Part shown: positions 27,294-35,159 of the stretch, piece after piece
Layout: every line of letters starts with the position of its first letter
Numbering within the stretch: position 1 is the stretch's first letter
NCBI GenBank assembly: GCA_965658655.1
Contig: CBFHTA010000001.1
Location: forward strand, 250,696-314,695
Direction of reading: 5' to 3'
Length of the DNA stretch: 64,000 nt
From: Candidatus Babelota bacterium
GTDB taxonomy: Bacteria; Babelota; Babeliae; Babelales; CAIQNR01
Translations under genes and position numbers: made by a program
Notes under the pieces: model-generated
What the model was told of the DNA's origin: nothing
The model's database searches: none
The model's input: only the letters and a program-made list of their open reading frames with translations

Positions 27294-28442
27294 TTAATTA
27301 GATTGATCGATATGGCGTGATTCTTCAGCAGCTGCAGCAGCAGGACCGGTTGAAGATTCCTCTTCATCTTTACTTTCATAGGGATAAATGAATGTATCGA
27401 GTTTTTGATTTATGTTCTCTGTACCGCATGAAGGGCATCTTAGAGGGCCTCGGTTGTTACTTTTCCATGTTGTAAATGCATCTTCTCCTACAAAGTTAAG
27501 GCAACAGCTTAGATAGTGTAAAGATTGGTCTTTTTTAAAAGACTCTAACATAATAGGACACGTGGATTGTTCTTTAATAGTATGTTGTTTGAGGATTGTT
27601 TTGATCTGATCGTTCCTTGTAAGTTGGTATGCATTTCTTCTTTTAAGATCAACTCTTTTATAGGGTGCTCCATTTTCTAGCAAAAATTTTACAATGGTAT
27701 GCTTTCCGGCATAGCAGGTTAATCCAAGAGGTGTTGTTTTTGTTCCATCAGGAGATGTTGCACCATCTTTGATATCGGCTCCGTTTTCTAGTAAAAATTT
27801 TGCAACAGTATGGTTGCCATTATAGCAGGCTAATCCAAAAGGTGTTATTTTTGTTCCATTAGCATATGTTGTACCATCTTTGATATCGGCTCCGTTTTCT
27901 AGTAAGAATTTTGCAATATCATACTTACCTTGAGAAGAGGCTAATCCAAAAGGTGTTGTTTTTGTTTTATCAGGAGATGTTTCACCGTTTGTGATATCTG
28001 CACTATGTGTTAATAATAAACCTACAATTTCTAGTTTGTTGTTTCGTATTGCTATGCTAAGAGGGCTTGTTATCATTCCATTCTTATAAATAGAACCTGT
28101 TTCTAGATTAACTCTGTTTTTTAATAGAATGCTTACTATCTTAGAATGACCATAACGGCATGCTTCAGCAAGAGGCGTTGTTTGTTCATCTTCACTAATA
28201 AAAGTTGGTTCATTAATTGGTGTTTTCTCTTTTATTAATTTTTCTACAGTATCTATATTTCCTGATTGACAAGCTGTTACCAGTGATTTTAAGGCAAAAT
28301 CTTTATCAATTTTTATTGATGCAGCTTCTTGATTACTGTTCTCTCTAGAAAGTTCACTTTTTTTATCATCAGGATTTCCTGTAAAAATAGACCCTGCATG
28401 TAAAAGAGCAAAAGAAAGGAATAGTAGTTTTTTGGTTTTCAT
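27294..28442 (-). CDS. Secreted ankyrin-repeat protein with C-terminal U-box/RING-like domain (paralog 1)
   Basis: Signal peptide MKTKKLLFLSFALLHAGSIFTG. About 6 ANK-like units of 37 aa (TPFGLACYNGNHTVAKFLLENGADIKDG). C-terminal module CPIMLESFKKDQSLHYLSCCLNF..FTTW..RCPSCG...LDTFIYPY, then the tail ESKDEEESS. Confidence 0.8.
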   Translation of the reverse strand: MKTKKLLFLSFALLHAGSIFTGNPDDKKSELSRENSNQEAASIKIDKDFALKSLVTACQSGNIDTVEKLIKEKTPINEPTFISEDEQTTPLAEACRYGHSKIVSILLKNRVNLETGSIYKNGMITSPLSIAIRNNKLEIVGLLLTHSADITNGETSPDKTKTTPFGLASSQGKYDIAKFLLENGADIKDGTTYANGTKITPFGLACYNGNHTVAKFLLENGADIKDGATSPDGTKTTPLGLTCYAGKHTIVKFLLENGAPYKRVDLKRRNAYQLTRNDQIKTILKQHTIKEQSTCPIMLESFKKDQSLHYLSCCLNFVGEDAFTTWKSNNRGPLRCPSCGTENINQKLDTFIYPYESKDEEESSTGPAAAAAEESRHIDQSN

Positions 28443-28604
28443 CTTGTATCTCCATTTTAATACTATATCATAAATTTATAATTCTAATTGTAATATATTT
28501 AGCATATTTGTCAATCGGCTATTTAAGCTTAAATAATACGTTTAGGGAAGTTTTGGTTGCAGAGTAAAGAATTGGCTTTGAGCTTAAGTGAGCTTGTTTA
28601 GCTA

Positions 28605-29888
28605 TCAGTGCTCTTTGAGATCTGAGGATTCTTCTTCATCTTTACTTTCATAGGGATAAATGAATGTATCGAGTTCTTGATTTATGTTTTCTGTACCGCA
28701 TGAAGGGCAGCTTAGAGGGCCTTGGTTGTTACTTTTCCATGTTGTAAATGTATCTTCTCCTACCCAGTCAGAGAATTCTTCAGCGCCTGTAAAGTTAGAA
28801 CAGCAATTTAGAAAGTGTAATTCTTCGTCTTTTTCAAAAGAAGATAAACGAATAGGGCATGTGGATTGTTCTTGAATAGCACGTTTTTTAATGAGTTCTC
28901 TAATTTGGTTCTTATTAATTTTTTGATCTTCACTATCTAGTTGATATGAATGAGCTACTTGATATGCATTACGGTCTTTAGATGTAACTCTCTTAAAAGA
29001 AACTCTTGGGTCATCAAGTAATGTTTTTACAGTATCAACATAACCCTCTTCAGAGGCAAGACTAAGCGCGGTCACTTGTTTTCCGTTAGGATAAGCATAA
29101 GCAAAAGCATTAGGTTCAATTCTTTGATTAGTAAGTAATGCTTGTACCGTAGCGGTACGGCCGTTATAAGAGGCAAGGCCAAGTGCGGTTATTCCTACTC
29201 CAGAAGTATTGATAAACTGATAAGCTGTGGCGTTAATTCTTTTGTCACCAAGGAGTGCTTTTGTAGCATCAGTATGGCCGTTTTGACAAGCAAATCCAAG
29301 AGCCGTCGCTTGTGCTCCATTAGGATTCATATGCTGATACATTGTGGGGTCAACTCTTTTGTCACCAAGGAGTGCTTTTGCAATATCAGTATGGCCTTTT
29401 TCACAAGCTAAACTAAGTGCGGTCAGTTTTTTTCCTTTAGGATGAGCATAAGCAAAAGCATTAGGTTCAATTCTTTTGTCATCAAGGAGTGCTTTTGCAA
29501 TATTAGTATGGCCTTTTTTGGTAGCAAGGCCAAGTGCGGTCATTTGTACCCCACTAGGATAAGTAAACTGAAAAGCATTAGGTTCAATTCTTTTATCAGC
29601 AAGTAGTGTTTTTACAGTGCTCATATAGCCTTCTTGAGTAGCAATGCCAAGCGCAGATATGTGTATTCCATCAGGTTCCGTTATTAATATATTGGGATCA
29701 AAGTCAAAAGACCCATTAAGTAGGCTTTGTATAGCTTTTATATCCTGGTTTTTACAGGCTTCAATAAACTTTATTTGATTGTGCATAGTTGATTTATCTG
29801 CACTTCCTGCATAAGAGTTATTGTCACTTGTAAAAATACAACCTGTGTACACCAAAGATAATCCAAAAAGAAGTAAGTTTTTATTCAT
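28605..29888 (-). CDS. Secreted ankyrin-repeat protein with C-terminal U-box/RING-like domain (paralog 2)
   Basis: Signal peptide MNKNLLLFGLSLVYTGCIF. About 7 units of 39 aa (LTALSLACEKGHTDIAKALLGDKRVDPTMY). C-terminal CPIRLSSFEKDEELHFLNCCSNF...FSDW...FTTW...SCPSCG...LDTFIYPYESKDEEESS. Confidence 0.8.
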   Translation of the reverse strand: MNKNLLLFGLSLVYTGCIFTSDNNSYAGSADKSTMHNQIKFIEACKNQDIKAIQSLLNGSFDFDPNILITEPDGIHISALGIATQEGYMSTVKTLLADKRIEPNAFQFTYPSGVQMTALGLATKKGHTNIAKALLDDKRIEPNAFAYAHPKGKKLTALSLACEKGHTDIAKALLGDKRVDPTMYQHMNPNGAQATALGFACQNGHTDATKALLGDKRINATAYQFINTSGVGITALGLASYNGRTATVQALLTNQRIEPNAFAYAYPNGKQVTALSLASEEGYVDTVKTLLDDPRVSFKRVTSKDRNAYQVAHSYQLDSEDQKINKNQIRELIKKRAIQEQSTCPIRLSSFEKDEELHFLNCCSNFTGAEEFSDWVGEDTFTTWKSNNQGPLSCPSCGTENINQELDTFIYPYESKDEEESSDLKEH

Positions 29889-29894
29889 TATAAC

Positions 29895-29972
29895 CTTTAT
29901 TAATATGATATTATTTTGTGTGATAACATTTTTAATTTAGTTATCACACAAAATAATATCATATTAATAAAG
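29895..29972. repeat. Perfect 33-bp inverted repeat (12-nt loop) between paralogs 2 and 3
   Basis: 29895-29927 ctttattaatatgatattattttgtgtgataac is the exact reverse complement of 29940-29972. The stem ends 6 nt from the paralog-2 ATG and covers part of its AAAGG SD-like sequence. Confidence 0.95.
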
Positions 29973-29988
29973 ATAAAAAAGTTTCAGA

Positions 29989-32097
29989 TTAATCAATATC
30001 CATAACTGGCTCATCATCCATAACTGGCTCACCTGAGGATTCTTCTTCATCTTTACTTTCATAAGGATAAATGAATGTATCGAGTTCTGTTGGTATGTTT
30101 GGTTTTTGGCATGCAGGGCAAATGACAGTACCATGATATCGCATTCTTTGTCCTACCCAGTCAGAGAATCCTGCAGTGCCTGTAAAGTTAGAACAGCAAT
30201 TTAGAAAGTGTAATTCTTCGTCTTTTTCAAAAGGCGCTAAAGTAATAGGATCTTCGGATTGTTCTTGAATAGCACGTTTTTTAATAAGTTCTTTGATTTG
30301 ATTTTTATTAACTTTTTGATCTTCACTAGTTGCTGGATATGCATTAGCTATTTTGTATGCATTATGTCCTGCAGATGTAACTCTCTTAAAAGAAACTCTT
30401 GGGTCATCAAGTAATGCTTTTATAGTATTAATATGACCATTTATAGAGGCAATACCAAGTGCAGAAAACTGCCTTCCGTCATCGCCCTTCATCGCAACAG
30501 CATTAGGTTCAACTCTTGGGTCAGCAAGTAACGCTTGTGCCAGAGCAGCACGATCATAACGAGCAGCAAGGCCAAGTGCAGTGGTTTGTGATCCATTAGG
30601 AAAAGTAGCCTGAAAACCATTAGGTTCAACTCTTGGGTCAGCAAGTAACGATTTTATAGTATTAATATTACCATTTATAGAGGCAAGACCAAGTGCAGAA
30701 AAATCCCTTCCTTTATCGTCCTTAATCGCACAAGCATTAGGCTCAACTTTTGGGTCAGCAAGTAACGCTTGTGCCAGAGCAGCACGGTCATAACGAGCAG
30801 CAAGGCCAAGTGCAGTGATTTGTGATCCATCAGGAAAAGTAGCCTGAAAACCATTAGGTTCAACTCTTTCATCAGCAAGTAATGCTTGTGCCGAAGCGGT
30901 CTGGTTTGCGATAGAAGCAGCTCCAAGTGGGGTGACTTCTGCTTTATATTTTGTCTGCGCAACAGCATTAGGTTTAATTCTTTCATCAGCAAGTAATGCT
31001 TTTACCGTATTAATATGACCATTTTGAGAGGCAATAGAAAGTGCTGTATGCCTTGTTCCTTGAGGATCAATAATTAAAGAATTGGGGTTAGTTCTTTCAT
31101 CAGCAAGGAGTGCTTTTACCGTATTAATATGACCATTTTGAGAGGCAAGGCCAAGTGCCGTATGCCTTCTTCCTTGAGGATCAATAAAGGACAAAGAATT
31201 GGGGTTAGTTCTTTCATCAGCAAGGAGTGCTTTTACAGTAGCAACATGACCTTTTTTAACAGCAAGGCCAAGTGCCGTATGCCTTTTTCCTTGAGGATCA
31301 ATAAAGGAAAAAACATTGGGGTTAGTTCTTTCATCAGCAAGGAGTGCTGTTACAGTATCTGTATCACCTTTTATAGAGGCAATGCCAAGTGCCGCCTGTT
31401 TTCTTCCATTAGAAGCAATTCCGGAAACAGCATTAGGGTCAATTCTTGGGTGAGCAAGGAGTGCTGTTACAGTATCTGTATCACCTTCTATAGAGGCAAT
31501 GCTAAGTGCTGCATGTTTTGTTCCGTTAGGATCAATAAAGGAAAAGGCGTTAGGGTCAATTCTTCGGTCAGCAAGGAGTGCTTGTACAGTAGCAGTACGC
31601 CGATTTTGACAGGCAATACCGAGTGCATTACATTGTGATTGGTTTTTATCAAGATATTGATAAGCGTTAGGGTCAATTCTTCGGTCAGCAAGGAGTGCTT
31701 GTACAGTAGCAGTATGGCCATTTTGAGAGGCAACACCGAGTGCGGTAAGCTGTGTTCCATTAGGATGAATAGATTGATAAACTGTAGGGTCAATTCTTGG
31801 GTGCTTAAGGAGTGCTTGTACAGTCGCAGTATGGCCGTGACGAGAGGCCACACCAAGCCCAGACACTTGTATTCCATCAGGTTCCATTATTAACATATTG
31901 GGATCAAAGTCAAAAGACCCATTGAGTAAGCTTTGTAGAGCTTTTATATCCTGGTTTTTACAGGCTTCAATAAACTTTATTTGATTGTGCATAGTTGATT
32001 CATCTGCACTTCCTGCATAAGGGTTATTGTCACTTGTAAAAATACAACCTGTATACACCAAAGATAACCCAAGAAAAAGTAGGCTTTTAACTTTCAT
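29989..32097 (-). CDS. Secreted ankyrin-repeat protein with C-terminal U-box-like domain (paralog 3, expanded array)
   Basis: Start set at MKVKSLLFLGLSLVYTGCIF. The 12 nt upstream (atggagatcaaa) align with the GGAG 5'-UTR of paralog 1. About 14 units of 38-39 aa. C-terminal DPITLAPFEKDEELHFLNCCSNF..FSDW...ICPACQ...LDTFIYPYESKDEEESS. Confidence 0.8.
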   Translation of the reverse strand: MKVKSLLFLGLSLVYTGCIFTSDNNPYAGSADESTMHNQIKFIEACKNQDIKALQSLLNGSFDFDPNMLIMEPDGIQVSGLGVASRHGHTATVQALLKHPRIDPTVYQSIHPNGTQLTALGVASQNGHTATVQALLADRRIDPNAYQYLDKNQSQCNALGIACQNRRTATVQALLADRRIDPNAFSFIDPNGTKHAALSIASIEGDTDTVTALLAHPRIDPNAVSGIASNGRKQAALGIASIKGDTDTVTALLADERTNPNVFSFIDPQGKRHTALGLAVKKGHVATVKALLADERTNPNSLSFIDPQGRRHTALGLASQNGHINTVKALLADERTNPNSLIIDPQGTRHTALSIASQNGHINTVKALLADERIKPNAVAQTKYKAEVTPLGAASIANQTASAQALLADERVEPNGFQATFPDGSQITALGLAARYDRAALAQALLADPKVEPNACAIKDDKGRDFSALGLASINGNINTIKSLLADPRVEPNGFQATFPNGSQTTALGLAARYDRAALAQALLADPRVEPNAVAMKGDDGRQFSALGIASINGHINTIKALLDDPRVSFKRVTSAGHNAYKIANAYPATSEDQKVNKNQIKELIKKRAIQEQSEDPITLAPFEKDEELHFLNCCSNFTGTAGFSDWVGQRMRYHGTVICPACQKPNIPTELDTFIYPYESKDEEESSGEPVMDDEPVMDID
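30967..31431. repeat. Tandem 114/117-bp DNA repeats (one ANK unit each) within paralog 3
   Basis: att[ag]gg[gt]tta[ga]ttctttcatcagcaag[gt]a[ga]tgcttttac recurs at 30967, 31081, 31198 and 31315. Confidence 0.8.
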
Positions 32098-32198
32098 TTT
32101 GATCTCCATTTTAAATATTTTTATTATAATTCTAATTGTAAATAAGCGATATGGTCGTTGTCAACAGTATATGTACATTAAGCATTGTGCAAAGGTGC

Positions 32199-32251
32199 TT
32201 TTATAAAGAGATAAGCTTAAAAAATTATTTTTAGTTTATCTCTTTATAAAA
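32199..32251. repeat. 16-bp perfect inverted repeat in the divergent intergenic region between paralog 3 and the tamB-like gene
   Basis: ttttataaagagataa (32199-32214) and ttatctctttataaaa (32236-32251) with a 21-nt AT-rich loop. Confidence 0.85.
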
Positions 32252-32361
32252 TTTATAATTGTAGCCTTTAAGGCTCAGGCCTTTTTTATCTATTTTTATC
32301 TTTTTCTCTGGCCGAGAGAATGTTTTTTCGATAAGCTCTAGGCATCATAAAGGGTCCCTTC

Positions 32362-35082
32362 ATGCGTAATTTTCGTTTACTGTCAAAAATAGTTTTATCT
32401 CTTTTTCTAGGTCTTTTCTTGGCTTTGGCATGGTTTCAATTTGATGAACGATTTATTGCGCTCGCAAATAGTGGTATGGAAAAAGTTTTTGAAAAACAGT
32501 TGAATTGTCAATTTAAAGGAAAGGTGGTTCGAGTAAATCCGTTTTTATTAACCATTCATTTTGAAGATGTACAAGTAGAACCTTTTGATATGAGTAATAA
32601 CTGGTCTTGGAGTGTTGCTCAAATGACCATGAAGCTTTCATTTCTTGAGTATCTTTACTACGGTGCTTTTGGGCTACACGTAAATCTTACAACATTGCAT
32701 TCCTTCTCTGGGCTCAAAAAAAATGGTGTTCCTATGGTAAGCGATCATTTGCTAGATCTTTTTGCAGGAGCTAACTTTAGTGTGCCCATTTCATTTCAAA
32801 CAGTTGCAATTGTTGATGGTTCGTTACTTGTTGACGATGTTGATAGAAAAGTTTCATTCATATGTCATTGGAATAGTAATGCAGGGAAAGCGGGCAGAGA
32901 TTTTAAGTCTAAGTTTTATCTTTCAGATACCTCTTTAACGTTAGATAATAAAAAAATATTTGAGCAATTTAGTGGACAAATAACATTTGATGCTTTGCAT
33001 GGCAATGCGTTTATTAGGATGGCAACCGATGCTATGTTTATGTTGCCGCAGTTACCAGAAGATCAACGAGATTGTTACGTTCTTGGTTCTTGGGATAAGA
33101 ATGCAGGAAGCTTTGTGGTTTACAATCAAGATAGAACATTGTCCTTTGTTCCTATTGAATTGGTGATGGGTAAAAAGGGTCTGTTGGTGAATGCTGAAGG
33201 GGTGATTTTATTAGAATATTTAAAGCGATTTTTTTATCCGCATATATCACAAACACTTAAGGGCATGGGTTACTTAAAAGTTTCTGGAGATCTTAACGGA
33301 TCGTTGCAGACAAAAGTGCGTATGCAAGATGTGGGTTATGGTAGTTATTTGTTAGATGAATTGTATGGTGATGTAATGCATGTTTCTTCTGAATGGCGTG
33401 GCTCAATTGGTGCCACTAAAAATAATGCTGCAGTAACTGGTACATGGTGGTGGTCTGATAGTGTTAAACAGGGAGTAGTACAATTGGTTAATAGAAATAC
33501 CTTACCTTTTTTAACAAGTACTTATTGGCAGACTTTGCCAGGAAGAACTGCGCTGCAGATTGTATTTAAAAACGATGGTAATGGTAAATTAGAGTATGTT
33601 ACACAGCTTGCGCATAAAAAAACTGAGCATACTGTAAACAGTTCAGGTACGGTGACACATACGAATACCACCATTAAATGTAGCGGATCAGTGGGAGACA
33701 ACACTTATACAGCAACGGTAAATACCAAGCCGATGTGGCTAAAGTCATTTATATATGCCAATGGTGCCAAGAAGAAATTGATCACTTTAACTACTAATAA
33801 ACAAAATAAATTTTCTTTGTCTTTTGATTATGATGCTGCCCAAATGTTTGCGCTTGATTGGTTAGATCTTGATCTATATGGGCAAGGAGTTTTTGATGTT
33901 TCAGGTTGTATGGAATTTCCTAAATTTGTGGGAACACTTTCCTTTAAGAATGGAACTATTCGTCCAGCAGGGATGTATAATTTTATCTCAGATATTACAG
34001 CTCGATTTATTGGTGATGTTAATAAAAAAGAATGTAGTATAAAAGATACACTTATTACACTTCATCAAGGGAAAATAGTAAGTGACAAAATTTCCTGCTT
34101 CTTTAACGATGATGGTTCAGTTTATGGATTGCATAGTCCATTTAGGTTTGAAAGTTGTTTTTTAAATTGGAGTAAATACTTATACGCTATTTGTACCGGG
34201 AGCTTTGTGCTTCAAGTTGGATCGGGGGTAGAGAATGCTCTTGATGGATTCCTTGTGTTTGAACGTTCACAATTTAAAGAAAATATCTTTGCTCTTCAGA
34301 CACAAAAAAGTGCAATTAACGCTTTACCAAGACAACATGCTTTAAGTTCTTTATCTTTAAACCTTGGAGTATCTACGCAGGCTCCTTTACTTGTGTCTAC
34401 ACCTCATTTACAAACACAGGCAATTTTAGATTGGTTTTTAACTGGAAAATTAGGTGCTCCAGAGTTGCAAGGATCATTGCAATTAAAAGGTGGAAAACTG
34501 GTATTTCCTGGACAAACATTGGCTATTTCTCAAGGTAAGCTTACGTTTGCTCCTACGCATTCTGAAGATCCTCTTCTTGATTTAACAGCACAAGCGCGTA
34601 TTAAAAAATATTTGGTAACCATGAATATTGGTGGAACCATTAAAGAACCGGAAGTTCTTTTACAAGCAACACCAGGGCTTTCTGAAGAGCAAATTATTAT
34701 GTTACTACTGACGGGAAGTGAGCAAGAATCTTTTAATATTATGGTTCCATCGCTGGTTATGCGTAACCTAGAAACTATTCTTTTTGGTCCATCAAAAGCG
34801 TTGGGCCATGCTTCGAACACGCTTTCCTCTTGGTTAAAGCCTTTAGAAAAAGTAACGTTTGTACCTCGATTTAATGATCAAACAGGAACGGGAGGCTTTA
34901 AGGGAGTGCTTGAGGTAGAAGTAAGTAAGCGATTGCGCGCAGTTCTGGAGAAAGACTTTAGTTTGGCAGAAGATACTGCGGCAGAAATAGAGTATCTTGC
35001 TTCCGATGATGTAAGTTTTAAAGTTAATAGAGATGAGCGTGGCGATATTGGCGCTGAGGTAGAGATGCGATTTAAATTTTAA
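32362..35082 (+). CDS. tamB: TamB/AsmA-like translocation and assembly module protein
   Basis: N-terminal membrane anchor (IVLSLFLGLFLALAWF). About 900 aa, beta-rich. C-terminal DUF490-like region (DPLLDLTAQARIKKYLVTMNIGGTIKEPEVLLQATPGLSEEQIIMLLLTGS). Confidence 0.7.
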   Translation: MRNFRLLSKIVLSLFLGLFLALAWFQFDERFIALANSGMEKVFEKQLNCQFKGKVVRVNPFLLTIHFEDVQVEPFDMSNNWSWSVAQMTMKLSFLEYLYYGAFGLHVNLTTLHSFSGLKKNGVPMVSDHLLDLFAGANFSVPISFQTVAIVDGSLLVDDVDRKVSFICHWNSNAGKAGRDFKSKFYLSDTSLTLDNKKIFEQFSGQITFDALHGNAFIRMATDAMFMLPQLPEDQRDCYVLGSWDKNAGSFVVYNQDRTLSFVPIELVMGKKGLLVNAEGVILLEYLKRFFYPHISQTLKGMGYLKVSGDLNGSLQTKVRMQDVGYGSYLLDELYGDVMHVSSEWRGSIGATKNNAAVTGTWWWSDSVKQGVVQLVNRNTLPFLTSTYWQTLPGRTALQIVFKNDGNGKLEYVTQLAHKKTEHTVNSSGTVTHTNTTIKCSGSVGDNTYTATVNTKPMWLKSFIYANGAKKKLITLTTNKQNKFSLSFDYDAAQMFALDWLDLDLYGQGVFDVSGCMEFPKFVGTLSFKNGTIRPAGMYNFISDITARFIGDVNKKECSIKDTLITLHQGKIVSDKISCFFNDDGSVYGLHSPFRFESCFLNWSKYLYAICTGSFVLQVGSGVENALDGFLVFERSQFKENIFALQTQKSAINALPRQHALSSLSLNLGVSTQAPLLVSTPHLQTQAILDWFLTGKLGAPELQGSLQLKGGKLVFPGQTLAISQGKLTFAPTHSEDPLLDLTAQARIKKYLVTMNIGGTIKEPEVLLQATPGLSEEQIIMLLLTGSEQESFNIMVPSLVMRNLETILFGPSKALGHASNTLSSWLKPLEKVTFVPRFNDQTGTGGFKGVLEVEVSKRLRAVLEKDFSLAEDTAAEIEYLASDDVSFKVNRDERGDIGAEVEMRFKF

Positions 35083-35159
35083 AAAATTATTGCCTTTCTT
35101 ATTTCTAGTTATGTACAGTTTTCAAGACTTTGATTAAACCGAGGGGAAGGGGGAACGCG

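Noticed and set aside
31129-31638. 169-aa plus-strand ORF and alternative-frame minus ORFs (30675..30992, 31488..31877, 31639..31893) inside ANK-U-box paralog 3; similarly 29142..29411 and 28684..28875 in paralog 2
   Set aside because: They are nested in or antisense to a gene with coherent signal peptide, ANK and U-box architecture. The repeated Cys/Ser-rich translations simply reflect the ANK codon periodicity in other frames.
27294-32109. Regularly spaced DNA repeats that might suggest a CRISPR array
   Set aside because: The repeats are 111-117 bp, contiguous (no unique spacers), in frame, and encode ankyrin units. No cas genes and no short palindromic repeat/spacer alternation are present anywhere in the window.
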